In this document: positions 42,907 through 52,687 of the stretch, piece after piece
How positions within the stretch are numbered: position 1 is the stretch's first letter
How the letters are laid out: every line of letters starts with the position of its first letter
From: an uncultured Chloroflexia bacterium
GTDB lineage: Bacteria > Chloroflexota > Chloroflexia > QHBQ01 > JADMIH01
Direction of reading: 5' to 3'
Assembly: GCA_963797095.1 (NCBI GenBank)
Contig: CAWCNY010000001.1
Span: forward strand, 32,001 to 96,000
DNA: 64,000 nucleotides
Position numbers and translations under genes: made by a program
Notes under the pieces: model-generated
What the model saw: the letters and a program-made list of their open reading frames with translations, nothing else
Databases searched by the model: none
Told to the model about the DNA's origin: nothing

Positions 42907-43212
42907 GTGTCTGAATCTTCCTCGCCTGTTCGGCCTGCGCCGGGTGGGGCAGGAGTTACTATCCGCCTGTATGTCGCGCCTCGCGCTTCGGCTAACAAGG
43001 TGCTTGGCATCCACAACGGGGCGGTGAAGATCGCGTTAACTGCTCCGCCTGTTGAGGGCGCGGCCAACAGGGCGTTGGTGGCGTTCCTGGCAAAGGTGCT
43101 TGATGTTCCCAGGTCGTCTGTTACCCTCCTAGCGGGCGAAACCTCTCGCAACAAGATCGTTTTGGTTGATGGGATAGCTGTCGTGAAGGCCGTCGAGGCG
43201 CTGGGTATATAA
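42907..43212 (+). CDS. DUF167 (YggU) family protein
   Basis: V.PRAS, APPVEGAAN..LV.FLA, GETSRNK. Confidence 0.9.
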   Translation: MSESSSPVRPAPGGAGVTIRLYVAPRASANKVLGIHNGAVKIALTAPPVEGAANRALVAFLAKVLDVPRSSVTLLAGETSRNKIVLVDGIAVVKAVEALGI

Positions 43213-43335
43213 TGACCTCCATGAGCGACTACCAAGCATTCGGTCTGGAGAGCTATATGCGGCGTATCAAGGGTGGGCCGTGTTTTATCTGTGACGTAGT
43301 GGCAGGACGGGAGGGGACGCACCATGTAATTAAGA
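43212..43335 (+). pseudogene. Truncated HIT-family protein N-terminus
   Basis: GPCFICDVV...HHVI, then runs into a terminator and repeats. Confidence 0.45.
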
Positions 43336-43336
43336 A

Positions 43337-43370
43337 GAAAAGCCCCGGAGTTTGCACCGGGGCTTTTCTT
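43337..43370. terminator. Bidirectional terminator
   Basis: AAAAGCCCCGG...CCGGGGCTTTT; followed by TTGTTACCC tandem repeats to ~43421. Confidence 0.8.
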
Positions 43371-43434
43371 CTTATTCAATTGTTACCCTTGTTACCCTGT
43401 TTATGTTACCCTTGTTACCCTGTTTACTGCTTAT

Positions 43435-44010
43435 TTACGCCCTGCTTGTTGCGGGCGCAGGAGTTGCAACCTTTTGCTCAACCGACATCTGGGCGAAGAA
43501 GAGTTCGAAGACCAGCGCGCCGAGTACTATCAGACCTATTGCGCTGAGGCCGAAGCCTGCATATGTGCCCACAGTGCCGAAGATTGAGAAGGCCCAAGCC
43601 TGGTTCAACATGGAGCGGAGGGTCTCACCTTTGAAGGCTGTGTCTACGAGGGCGCTCTTCTGTGCCTTCAGTGTGGGGTCGGTCTCTGCGCGAGCCTCGG
43701 CGGACAGTTCCGAATATACCTTGCCGTCGGCCAGTTCGCTGAGGTGGAGGCCGATGTAATTCTCAGCAAAGACGTGAGCCTGCTCACCGGTCAATACCTG
43801 CTGGCCCACATACGGCTGCAAGGCGCTCTGCTGAGGCTGGGGCAAAGTGGAGACATCAGCGGGGAAGAAGATCTTCTGGGGCTCCAGTTGTGCCTTGACT
43901 TGCTCGTTCGTGAAATTGCCGGCCCAGAAGGCCAACCCAGCCGCGAATGCGAGCACTACGACCATCACTACCTGTAAAGTAACTATTCTCCAACGAAGTT
44001 GAGGTGTCAT
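43435..44010 (-). CDS. Conserved hypothetical membrane protein
   Basis: N- and C-terminal TM helices; QL..QKIFFP, FA..YI..H, F.GETLRSML. Confidence 0.75.
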   Translation of the reverse strand: MTPQLRWRIVTLQVVMVVVLAFAAGLAFWAGNFTNEQVKAQLEPQKIFFPADVSTLPQPQQSALQPYVGQQVLTGEQAHVFAENYIGLHLSELADGKVYSELSAEARAETDPTLKAQKSALVDTAFKGETLRSMLNQAWAFSIFGTVGTYAGFGLSAIGLIVLGALVFELFFAQMSVEQKVATPAPATSRA

Positions 44011-44331
44011 TGTTTTTTTCCTTCCATCAGTAAAGATTGTTTTTGCCAAAGAGCTTTCTAAGCCACTTGGAGGTTGTTTGTTTATTGTTACCGGTTCTCT
44101 CTTCCAGTTCGCCGGTGTTATTTCCTCCAGACATTCGAAGTTTATCGTGCCAAGGGGAATATGGCGGTATGCATGGGTGAACAGAGGGTGTGAATAGGTG
44201 AATATCGTGTAAAAATTGAGTCGGAAAGATAAATTATGGGGCGCAAGCCCGAAGAAGTGGGGCTTGCGCAGCGGGTTGTTCCCATGTATCGTAATATGGA
44301 AACGCGTGCCAGCGAGGGACGAGAGCTAAAT

Positions 44332-45039
44332 ATGCACCCACCCGATCCGACAACCGACCATATCCTCTCTGCATTGAGGAAGAGCATCCTGTTTCAGGGG
44401 ATGGACGACGAGAGCTTGCTGGAAGTGATGAATGCGGGCCGATTGAGGCGGGTGAGGAAGGAGGAGTTCTATTTTCACCAGGGCGACCCGGCAAAGGTGC
44501 TGTATGTGCTGGTGGAGGGGAGGGTAAAGTTTACGCAGGTGACGGCGGAGGGGCACCAGGTGATCGTGCGCGTGAGCGGGCCTGGCGAGGTGTTCGGGGC
44601 GGTGGCGGCGCTGGGGGATGCTGTGCACCCGGCCTCAGGTGAGGCTACGGGCGATTCGGCGGCCCTTGGGTGGCGTAGCGAGGTGATCAGCGGGCTGCTG
44701 GAGCGCTTTCCACGGATGGCGCTCAATGTGGTGCGCTTTCTGGCGGGGAGGGTGAAGGAGTTTCAGGACAGATACCGCGAACTGGCGACGGAGCGGGTGG
44801 AGCGGCGAGTGGCCCATGCGCTGTTGCGGCTGGCGGCTCAAATCGGCAGGCCGGTGGAGGGTGGGACGTTGATAGACCTGACGCTTTCGCGGCAGGACAT
44901 TGCCGAGATGACGGGTACAACTATATTCACTGTGAGCCGTATTTTGAGCGGGTGGGAGACGCAGGGGATCATCAGGAGCGGTCGCGAGCGGGTACTTGTG
45001 CTCAAACCGGAGGCTTTGACCGCTATCGCTGATGAATGA
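44332..45039 (+). CDS. Crp/Fnr-family regulator (NnrR-like)
   Basis: cNMP domain FHQGDPA..LY; HTH LSRQDIAEMTGTTIFTVSRILS.WE; start uncertain. Confidence 0.9.
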   Translation: MHPPDPTTDHILSALRKSILFQGMDDESLLEVMNAGRLRRVRKEEFYFHQGDPAKVLYVLVEGRVKFTQVTAEGHQVIVRVSGPGEVFGAVAALGDAVHPASGEATGDSAALGWRSEVISGLLERFPRMALNVVRFLAGRVKEFQDRYRELATERVERRVAHALLRLAAQIGRPVEGGTLIDLTLSRQDIAEMTGTTIFTVSRILSGWETQGIIRSGRERVLVLKPEALTAIADE

Positions 45040-45171
45040 ATTTAGGTAGAGGTGTGTTGAGTTTGCGCTCTGACAACGACTGTAGAGGGTATGTGCGGTA
45101 GGATGTTTGCGTAAGCCTGGATCGATCCTGCTCCTTACTATCTTCCATCTAAATAAAGGAGACAGAGTAAT

Positions 45172-45429
45172 ATGGCCTACGTGATTACCGAGCCGTGCAT
45201 CGGAGTTAAGGATACGGGGTGCGTGGATGTGTGTCCCGTTGATTGTATTCACCCACACAAGAGCGAATTGGGTTTTGGTGCGGCGCTTCAACTCTATATA
45301 GACCCTGACGAGTGCATCGATTGCGGGGCGTGCGAGCCTGAGTGCCCGGTGAACGCAATCTACCCTGAAGAGGATGTGCCCGAGGAGTATCTGAGGTATA
45401 TTGCCATCAACCGCGATCATTACAGGTAA
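45172..45429 (+). CDS. 7Fe/8Fe ferredoxin
   Basis: YVITEPC..KD..CVDVCPVDCI; CIDCGACEPECPV. Confidence 0.93.
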   Translation: MAYVITEPCIGVKDTGCVDVCPVDCIHPHKSELGFGAALQLYIDPDECIDCGACEPECPVNAIYPEEDVPEEYLRYIAINRDHYR

Positions 45430-45555
45430 GTACAGGTAAGGAGGCGTGAGGGGCACCGCGAGGGTGCCCCACGTATTCAGTATGAAGCTATCGGTTACGC
45501 TGCTTGCTCACCTGTGTAGCCCGCAGTTTAGAGGATGCGAGGATGGGCAACAAAG

Positions 45556-45596
45556 GAACAGGGGCGTGGGTCCTGATCGGCCCACGCCCCTGTTCG
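45556..45596. terminator. Long GC hairpin after ferredoxin
   Basis: GAACAGGGGCGTGGG...CCCACGCCCCTGTTC. Confidence 0.55.
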
Positions 45597-45951
45597 CGAG
45601 CGTAGTTCAAGCGGAGGGGACATTACGCACTCCTTCCGACACTACCATTATAACAAACACGAGAGGCAAAAAAAACCGTCCGCAGCCCGATTTATTCTCG
45701 GCCCGGTAGCAATATACTGGGCGAACACCAAACTGCATTCACGCACCATCGAGGTGCTGACGCACTACACCCAGAACCCTACGAAATGGGAGTGGCAAAA
45801 TGCGTGTGTTGGTGTTGGCGTGTGGGTCGCGTGGGGGGCGCCGGGTCGCTGGCTGCCCTCGTGGTGAGGTTGCGGGCACACGGCGCGTAGGTACAGGTAA
45901 GCACGCCGCCGGACTGCGCGGAGCGGCGGGCGGTATTATGCCCAAAGGAGT

Positions 45952-47484
45952 GTGGCTATGACTGAACATGAGGTGGTGATCGTGGGAGCGGGTCCGACCG
46001 GGCTGATGCTGGCGGGGGAGTTGGCGTTGGCGAAGGTCGACGTTGCTAGTGTCGAGCGGCGCACCAGCCAGGAGCTCCCCGGCTCGCGGTCAGGCGGTCT
46101 GCACTCGCGCACCATCGAGGTCTTCGATCAGCGTGGCATCGCCGATCGGTTCCTGTCGGAGGGGCAGGTGGCGCAGGTCGCGGGGTTCGCCGGGGTCTCC
46201 CTGGACATCAGCAACTTTCCCACCCGCCACCCCTACGGGCTCGGGCTGTGGCAGAAACATATCGAGCGCATACTGGCCGGCTGGGTCGACGAGCTTGAGG
46301 TGCCGATCTATCGCGGACGTGAGGTGACCGGCTTCGCGCAGGATAGCACAGGAGTCGACGTCCAACTGTCCGACGGCAAGTCGATGCGGGCGGAGTATCT
46401 CGTCGGGTGCGACGGAGGACGAAGCTTGATCCGTAAAGGAGCAGGCATCGAGTTCCCCGGATCGGATCCGACAACGAGCAACCTGATCGCCGAGTTCGAG
46501 CTGGCCGAGGGGGCCGAGGAGCCGCCATGGGGCATCCGCCACGATGCGCTCGGCATCCACGGCTTCAGCAGGGTGGAGTACGAGATCCGCGACGGCGAGG
46601 TGATCTACAAGGATGAGGGGCCGGTACGGGTCATGGTGACCGAACAGCACGTTGGACGCACCAACGAGCCCACCTTGCGCGATCTCAGCGAGGCGCTCAT
46701 TACCGTATACGGAAACGATTACGGGATCCACAGTCTCACCTGGATCTCCAGGTTCACCGATGCAGCCAGGCAGGCCGCGGCCTACCGCAAGGGACGGGTG
46801 CTGCTGGCGGGCGACGCCGCACATATACATCCCCCGGACGGCGGACAGGGCCTCAACATCGGTGTGCAGGATGCGGTGAACCTGGGATGGAAGCTGGCCC
46901 AGGTGGTCAAGGGGACAGCGCCGGAAAGCCTCCTGGATACCTACCATGTCGAGCGTCACCCGATCGCTGCCCGCGTGCTGCGCAACACGATGGCGTCGGT
47001 CGTGCTTCGCCGCCAGGACGACCGCACCAAAGCCCTGGGCGAGGTCGTGTCGGAGCTGCTGAGCATGGACGAGCCTCGCAAGCGGTTCGCCGGGATGATG
47101 TCTGGCCTGGACATTCATTACGACCTCGGTGAAGGACACCCGCTGCTCGGGCGCCGTATGCCCGATCTCGATCTGGTCACGGCCAATGGTCCGCTGCGGG
47201 TATTCACCCTGCTGCACGATGCCCGGCCCGTGCTACTCAACCTCGGTGAGCCCGGCAGCTTCGACAACGACATCACTCCATGGGCAGATCGGGTTCGGTT
47301 GATCGACGCCCAATATGATGGTATGTGGGAGCTTCCAGTCCTGGGCGCGGTCGCGGCTCCCGCTGCCGTGTTGATTCGGCCCGACGGATACGTCGCCTGG
47401 GTGGGAGACCAAACCCACCTGGGGCTCACTGACGCGCTGACTACCTGGTTCGGACCGCCCACTGCGGCGTATGCGGTACCATAG
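45952..47484 (+). CDS. FAD-dependent aromatic monooxygenase (PheA/TfdB/Rox-like family)
   Basis: GAGPTG, VGCDGGRS, LAGDAAHIHPP.GGQGLN, LIRPDGYVAW. Confidence 0.9.
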   Translation: MAMTEHEVVIVGAGPTGLMLAGELALAKVDVASVERRTSQELPGSRSGGLHSRTIEVFDQRGIADRFLSEGQVAQVAGFAGVSLDISNFPTRHPYGLGLWQKHIERILAGWVDELEVPIYRGREVTGFAQDSTGVDVQLSDGKSMRAEYLVGCDGGRSLIRKGAGIEFPGSDPTTSNLIAEFELAEGAEEPPWGIRHDALGIHGFSRVEYEIRDGEVIYKDEGPVRVMVTEQHVGRTNEPTLRDLSEALITVYGNDYGIHSLTWISRFTDAARQAAAYRKGRVLLAGDAAHIHPPDGGQGLNIGVQDAVNLGWKLAQVVKGTAPESLLDTYHVERHPIAARVLRNTMASVVLRRQDDRTKALGEVVSELLSMDEPRKRFAGMMSGLDIHYDLGEGHPLLGRRMPDLDLVTANGPLRVFTLLHDARPVLLNLGEPGSFDNDITPWADRVRLIDAQYDGMWELPVLGAVAAPAAVLIRPDGYVAWVGDQTHLGLTDALTTWFGPPTAAYAVP

Positions 47485-47534
47485 ACCCAACACTTTGTTG
47501 AGAGATTACCTGTTGGCGTATAATCCTGTGTAGA

Positions 47535-47796
47535 ATGCCGACTGCATTGCGAAGCGGACCCTACCGTTTCTACTTCTATTCATACGACTGTGGCGAGCCG
47601 CGCCATATGCACATCGATCGTGAGAACATGAGTGCCAAGTTCTGGCTCGACCGGATGTTTCTCTCGAGGAGAGCTACGGCTGCACTCGCCGAGAACTGCG
47701 AGACCTTGAGCAAATCACTCGTGACCACCTGGAGACTCTGAGAAATGAATGGGATGCCTTCTGCGGTGACGACCCCCGCACTACCCAGGATCGTTG
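47535..47796 (+). pseudogene. DUF4160 protein (putative toxin of DUF4160/DUF2442 pair), 1-nt frameshift at ~47651
   Basis: GPYRFYFYS...EP.HMH...AKFWL, continuing in another frame as DVSLEESYG...LRNEW. Confidence 0.7.
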
Positions 47797-48119
47797 ATGT
47801 GACCATCACAGATGATACGTTGTCCGCCGACCTAGAGGACGGGCGCACTATCAGCGTGCCCATTGGTTGGTATCCTCGTGTAGCATACGCGACACCCCAA
47901 GAACGTGCCTCTTTCCAGATTAGTGGGGCCGGGTATGGCATCCACTGGCCTGAGCTTGACGAGGATCTAGGGGTGGAAGGCCTGCTACTAGGCAGAAGGT
48001 CTGGTGAAAGCACTACATCTTTCAAAGAGTGGCTTGACCAGAGAGAGAAGCACAAAGGGCACAAGGAAAACAAGGAAAAGGAGCAGGAAGATTCGACTGG
48101 CTCGACCGGTAATGACTAA
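47745..48119 (+). CDS. DUF2442 protein (putative antitoxin)
   Basis: L.DGRTISVP..WYPR...AT..ER, GIHWPELDEDL.VEGLL. Confidence 0.85.
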   Translation: MNGMPSAVTTPALPRIVDVTITDDTLSADLEDGRTISVPIGWYPRVAYATPQERASFQISGAGYGIHWPELDEDLGVEGLLLGRRSGESTTSFKEWLDQREKHKGHKENKEKEQEDSTGSTGND

Positions 48120-48237
48120 TCCAAGGTCCAAGGCTTACCCTCTCCCTGCTCATTCTGCACTTGCCAGGTCAATTGCCGAGCCTGCCGGGCGACCTACTCC
48201 CCAGTCGGGTAGGAGTGCACACTACAGGCACTTTTTG

Positions 48238-49137
48238 TCAGCTACTTAACCGTTCTATGGCCTCCCTGGCTAATTCCGGGAAGTCGGTGGGGCCGGGCGA
48301 TTTCCTCATGCTTGCCGCCTGCTTGTAATATTCGAGAGCCTGCTGTTTATCGCCTTTGGCTTCGTAGGCGGTGGCAAGAATGAAAGGGCCGAAGCTCTGG
48401 TCGGGTGCGGCCTTCATCATGGCGCGGTATTCCTCGATGGCTTTGTCGTAGTTCTGGCGGTCCATCCAGACGTTGCCGAGGTTCAGGTGTGCCGGATAGG
48501 AATCGGGCTGCAATTCCAATAATCTGTGCATCACCTTCTCTGCCTGGTCGTAATCGCGCGAGAGGATCAGGGCCGAGCCAATCGCAAGCAGGGCGTCGGT
48601 GTCGTCGGGCCGCCAGAGGAGCAACGCCTGGGCGGAGTCCTGGGTGGCTCCCCACTGTTGCGCTCTGAGCGATTCGTTCATCTGTTTCTTGATGTCTTCG
48701 ATGTCGTGGTCGGTTGGGCCGTCGAAACTTTTGTGGAAGGCGGCTACTATGTCATCCGCTTCTTTGTCAGGCCCATCGACCTCCAACTCCAGGTAGGAAC
48801 GATTGCCTTTGTCCCACCGCATCTCGTAGCGGATGAGGGCGCGCCGACCGTCCAGCAGGCCGAACGTGGATACCTCTATGCCTGTGCCTTCTTTGGCGGG
48901 GTCTTTGGGCTGGGTCATTTCGCGCAGGCTGATGTTGATCCCTTTTTCCTTGCCGATCTTCGACCTGCGCCAGGTGACGTGGCGGTTGGAGTCGTCCTCC
49001 TGGTGGTCGACCGCCGTCATATCGAGCACGAACTGGGGGTCGAGGTGAGCCGCGTAGCCCGCAACGGCGTCAGGTATGCGGTCGTCCTCCGGGTTCTCCA
49101 TGAAGTAGGGTTGAAGCTTTACCGTTCTGGTAGCCAT
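48238..49137 (-). CDS. TPR domain protein
   Basis: C-terminal TPR repeats; GGAG RBS before MATRT. Confidence 0.8.
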   Translation of the reverse strand: MATRTVKLQPYFMENPEDDRIPDAVAGYAAHLDPQFVLDMTAVDHQEDDSNRHVTWRRSKIGKEKGINISLREMTQPKDPAKEGTGIEVSTFGLLDGRRALIRYEMRWDKGNRSYLELEVDGPDKEADDIVAAFHKSFDGPTDHDIEDIKKQMNESLRAQQWGATQDSAQALLLWRPDDTDALLAIGSALILSRDYDQAEKVMHRLLELQPDSYPAHLNLGNVWMDRQNYDKAIEEYRAMMKAAPDQSFGPFILATAYEAKGDKQQALEYYKQAASMRKSPGPTDFPELAREAIERLSS

Positions 49138-49156
49138 CTTTTTCTCCAAAGGGATG

Positions 49157-50522
49157 TTAGAGTATCCGGTTGTCGCGCATCTCGCGCAACGTCTCGCGGA
49201 ATGCTTCGACCGTTTGATCGAGGTCGGTGCCGGTGTGGGCAGTTGACATAACACCTGACTTGCCGGACATCAGATCTACTCCGCGCCTCATCAGGCCGCT
49301 TTGCAGGGCGGCCTTTACCGGGGGCTTGTTCAACTCGCGGAGGGTGACGGCGTCGGCGCTTGAGCGGTCCAGAGTGCCGTCCGGGTTGGCCCTGGCACCG
49401 CGCCCAAGCAGCACGTGCCACATGGGGCCGTCGCCATAGACGCAGCTTCCCCCGATGCCCAGGTCTGCGATTGCTTCGTTCATCGCGACGATGAGCTTGC
49501 GGCCCATCTGCGTGATGTACTCCTGGGGCTTGCCTGTGGCGGCTTCCTTAAGCATGGCTATGCCCGCCGTCGCGCTGAGGGGGTTGGCGTTGAACGTGCC
49601 AGGGTGGTTGATGCGCCTGTAGCGGTTCCATTTTGGGTCGCCCGGGTGGAACTCCAGAGCGGCCATAACCTCGGCTCGCCCGACGACCGCGCCTCCGGGC
49701 AGGCCACCCGCCATGATCTTGGCGAGGGTGGTCATGTCGGGCACCACGCCGGTTTGAGCCTGCACGCCGCCCGGCGAGTAGCGGAAGCCCGTGACGATCT
49801 CATCGAAGATCAGCAGCACGCCATGCCTGCGGGCGACCTCGGCGAGGCCCGCCAGGAAGCCATCAGGGAGAGGGATGGTGCCGTCAGGATGCGCCTGTCG
49901 GCTCCAGGATGACACAGGCGATCTCATTACCCTGCTTGTCAAGGATGCGCTCTACTTGTGAGAGGTCGGGGGGTGCGACTACCACATCATCGAGCATGGA
50001 GCCAAGCACGCCAACCGAGGTCGGCACGTCGAATGGGGCCTGGAAGCCGGCGGTCATTGCGTCGTACCAGCCGTGGAAGTGGCCCTGGAACTTGAGGAAC
50101 TTTGGGCGCTGGGTGCAGGCGCGGGCCAGCCTGACGGCCAGCATGACCGCCTCGGTGCCCGATGCTGTGAAGCTGATTCTCTGGGCGGAGGGGATCATCG
50201 ACTGGATCAACTCGCCCCATTCGACCTCAAGGGGGTGGCCGCCTCCCAGGTGGGTGCCGAGCTTGATCTGCCTCTCGACAGCCTCCACGATGGTGGGGTA
50301 GCCGTGGCCGAGCAGCAGAGCGCCGTGGCCCATCCAGTAATCTATGTACTCTTTGCCGTCTACATCCCACTTGCGCGAGCCCTGCGCCCGATCGAAATAG
50401 ACAGGCTCTATCTCCCCGAAATAGCGATTGTCGTGGGTTACGCCGCTGGGGAATATGCGTTGGGCCCGCTCGAATAGCTCGTGCGAGCGGCTACCTGTGC
50501 TCATGGTTGTGCTTTCCTGCAT
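49157..50522 (-). pseudogene. Glutamate-1-semialdehyde aminomutase-like class III aminotransferase, frameshifted at ~49885
   Basis: WDVDGKEYID, SGTEA, FHG, ILEP | LIFDEIVTGFR, AKIMAGGLP, GTFNANPL; possibly a sequencing error. Confidence 0.8.
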
Positions 50523-50639
50523 TTGCCCCTCTTGTTATGATGAAGATCAATTTTATGTCGAAGAAGTATATCACTCTGTGGCGATTGCGGCTTTCCGGTG
50601 TCGTTGGGTGAAAGTGCATACTGACGGCGGAGGATATTG

Positions 50640-50780
50640 GACCTATCACCAACCCCCTCTTCCCTGCCAGGGAAGAGGGGGCTTTATTCAGTAGAGATGA
50701 GAGTTGGGGGACACCCCCAACCCCCCGTCAGGGGAATACCCCTGCCCCCCGCGGCAGGCAGTTTCGCTTGCGCCCTCTTT
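50640..50780. repeat. Palindrome-rich intergenic repeat (copy A)
   Basis: Shares AGATGAGAGTTGGGGG..CCCCCAA.CCCCCG..GCAGGCAGTT with 59589-59635. Confidence 0.6.
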
Positions 50781-50816
50781 ACCCCCGATCTGAACACTTA
50801 CCTGCCGAGGAGTATA

Positions 50817-52178
50817 TCACGCTTCGGTGATTCTGGCCGCGCGACTCTGCCACTGGTGGGAGAGCAGGGACGACAGCCAACCAATCGCCACCCCCGCCCA
50901 GAGCGCTGAGAATGCCATCAAGGGCAGGGTGTATCTTTCCCAGTCCAGGCCCATATTGACTACGATCAGCGCGAAAAAGATCAGGGTCCATACCAGCGCT
51001 ACTATTGCGGCCTCGCCCTGCCGCTCAAAGATTGCGCCCTGCTCGTATTGCGGGCTGCGTATGGACGCGAAGAGCGTCCAGAGCGATGCTGCCAACCCTA
51101 ACGCTACCAGTATTGCATCCAATGGCAATACCTCTCCAACACCGCGCGCGTCTTCTCCCGCCAGCCACACAGTCAGGCTTACCCCCACGCCGTGGGTTAG
51201 CAAGGGCCGCTGTACCCCTGCCCATAACCTGGGGAGGCCCGGTGCGAGGGCCGCGGTGGGGTAAAGCTCCATCTGGTCGCGCATTTCGTTTGCACGGAAC
51301 TGGAACATCTGGAGCGAGTTGGCGAGGGGCGAGCGATAGAGCGCGGGGTTAAGCAGCGAGAAGATCGTGAAGGCAAGGAGGCCAGCGACGACCGTGGTGA
51401 CGATCGCTTCGGGCACGCCGCGCCAGTCCCAGGAGCGGAGGCGCACCTTGCGAAAGAGGAGCACAGCCCCCAGGGCGACGGGGAGGGCCGCCAAGCTGAG
51501 GGTGGCGGTAAGCTTGGAGGCCATGCCGAGGCCGAACGCGAAGCTGAGAAATACAGCCAGGCTTATGAGGGTGAGGAGAGGGGCGGGCTTGTTGATGGGG
51601 GTCAGGCGTTGGACGAGAATGATGGTCAGGAGGAGGCCCAGCAGTATGAAGAATACCAGCAGACCATCGGCTTCGGCACGAGTCATCAGCTCGCGTGCTT
51701 TGGAGTTGAGAGCCAGCCAGGAGGCGGCTCCGAGGCCCGCCGCCGGGCCGCCTACCCGGCTTGCGATGCCATACATGAGGAGAACTGAGGCGGCAGATAT
51801 GATTCCCATCGGCAGGCGCGCCCAGAAGAGCATATCGTCTGTGGGCATGTTTCCTTCGGCTACGTTCTCGTCCGGCTCTTTAGTGAAATCCCAGGGACTG
51901 TTGAGCGCCAGCAGATCGTAGCCTCTCGCCTTGAGCGATGCCCCCATGACATAGCGCGCCAGGGGGGGCTGTGTGTGGACCCAATAGCTATCCCACTCAG
52001 TTGAGTTGAATATGCCCTTGCTGAATAGCGTCAAGTAGCGGGCTGTGAAGATCCACTGGCTCTCATCGGGAGCGAATTCGGATGCCCACACGCCCGCGAA
52101 CATGAATGTCGCCAGCAAGCCGAGGAATATCCACCTCAGCGCCCTTGCGATCCCGTTGCCCCCACTTTTATCTCGCAT
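50817..52178 (-). CDS. GT-C fold (PMT/ArnT-like) membrane glycosyltransferase
   Basis: PDE near TM1, QPPLARY, WARLP, many TM helices, ERY. Confidence 0.75.
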   Translation of the reverse strand: MRDKSGGNGIARALRWIFLGLLATFMFAGVWASEFAPDESQWIFTARYLTLFSKGIFNSTEWDSYWVHTQPPLARYVMGASLKARGYDLLALNSPWDFTKEPDENVAEGNMPTDDMLFWARLPMGIISAASVLLMYGIASRVGGPAAGLGAASWLALNSKARELMTRAEADGLLVFFILLGLLLTIILVQRLTPINKPAPLLTLISLAVFLSFAFGLGMASKLTATLSLAALPVALGAVLLFRKVRLRSWDWRGVPEAIVTTVVAGLLAFTIFSLLNPALYRSPLANSLQMFQFRANEMRDQMELYPTAALAPGLPRLWAGVQRPLLTHGVGVSLTVWLAGEDARGVGEVLPLDAILVALGLAASLWTLFASIRSPQYEQGAIFERQGEAAIVALVWTLIFFALIVVNMGLDWERYTLPLMAFSALWAGVAIGWLSSLLSHQWQSRAARITEA

Positions 52179-52199
52179 ACCGTTTGCCGGTTATTGCTG

Positions 52200-52565
52200 T
52201 TAGATCCAGAGTTGCTCCTGTGCTGTCAGCTCGTTCACCACGTTACCTGTGTTGCGGGTAAGCTCGACAGGCTCAAGGAGCAAAATGTGTGCTTCCTCGA
52301 CGGCCATAGGTTTGTGTTCGACACCCCTCGGCACGATGAAGAACTCGCCCTCGTTCAGCAGTATATCACGGTCCTGTAGCTTGATAGTGAGGCGGCCCTT
52401 GACCACCAGGAATAGCTCATCTTCGTTGTCGTGGTGGTGCCAGGTGAACTCGCCGTGTACCTTTACCAGTTTGACGTGCTGGTCGTTCAGTTGGCCCACG
52501 ATTTTGGGGCTCCAGAGGTCGTTGAAGAGGCCGAATTTCTGCTGCAAGCTTACTTTGTCCATCAC
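52200..52565 (-). CDS. Cupin domain protein
   Basis: WSPKIV, GEFTWHHHDNEDELF, VPRGVEHKP. Confidence 0.9.
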   Translation of the reverse strand: MMDKVSLQQKFGLFNDLWSPKIVGQLNDQHVKLVKVHGEFTWHHHDNEDELFLVVKGRLTIKLQDRDILLNEGEFFIVPRGVEHKPMAVEEAHILLLEPVELTRNTGNVVNELTAQEQLWI

Positions 52566-52687
52566 CTTCTCCTTACGCGTTGATGCCCGCGCGACTATCT
52601 CAATTATAAGGCTTTTGCCGCGACTTCTTTATGGTTGAGGCGCTACCTCGTAAGGCTGTCAGAGCAGGGTATATGGGCGCTATCTGC

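Noticed and set aside
45700-47484. Rifampin monooxygenase (rox) assignment
   Set aside because: Family-level similarity only; no rifamycin-associated element recognised upstream.
49157-50522. hemL symbol or programmed frameshift
   Set aside because: No tetrapyrrole gene context and no slippery site; more likely a paralogue with an indel.
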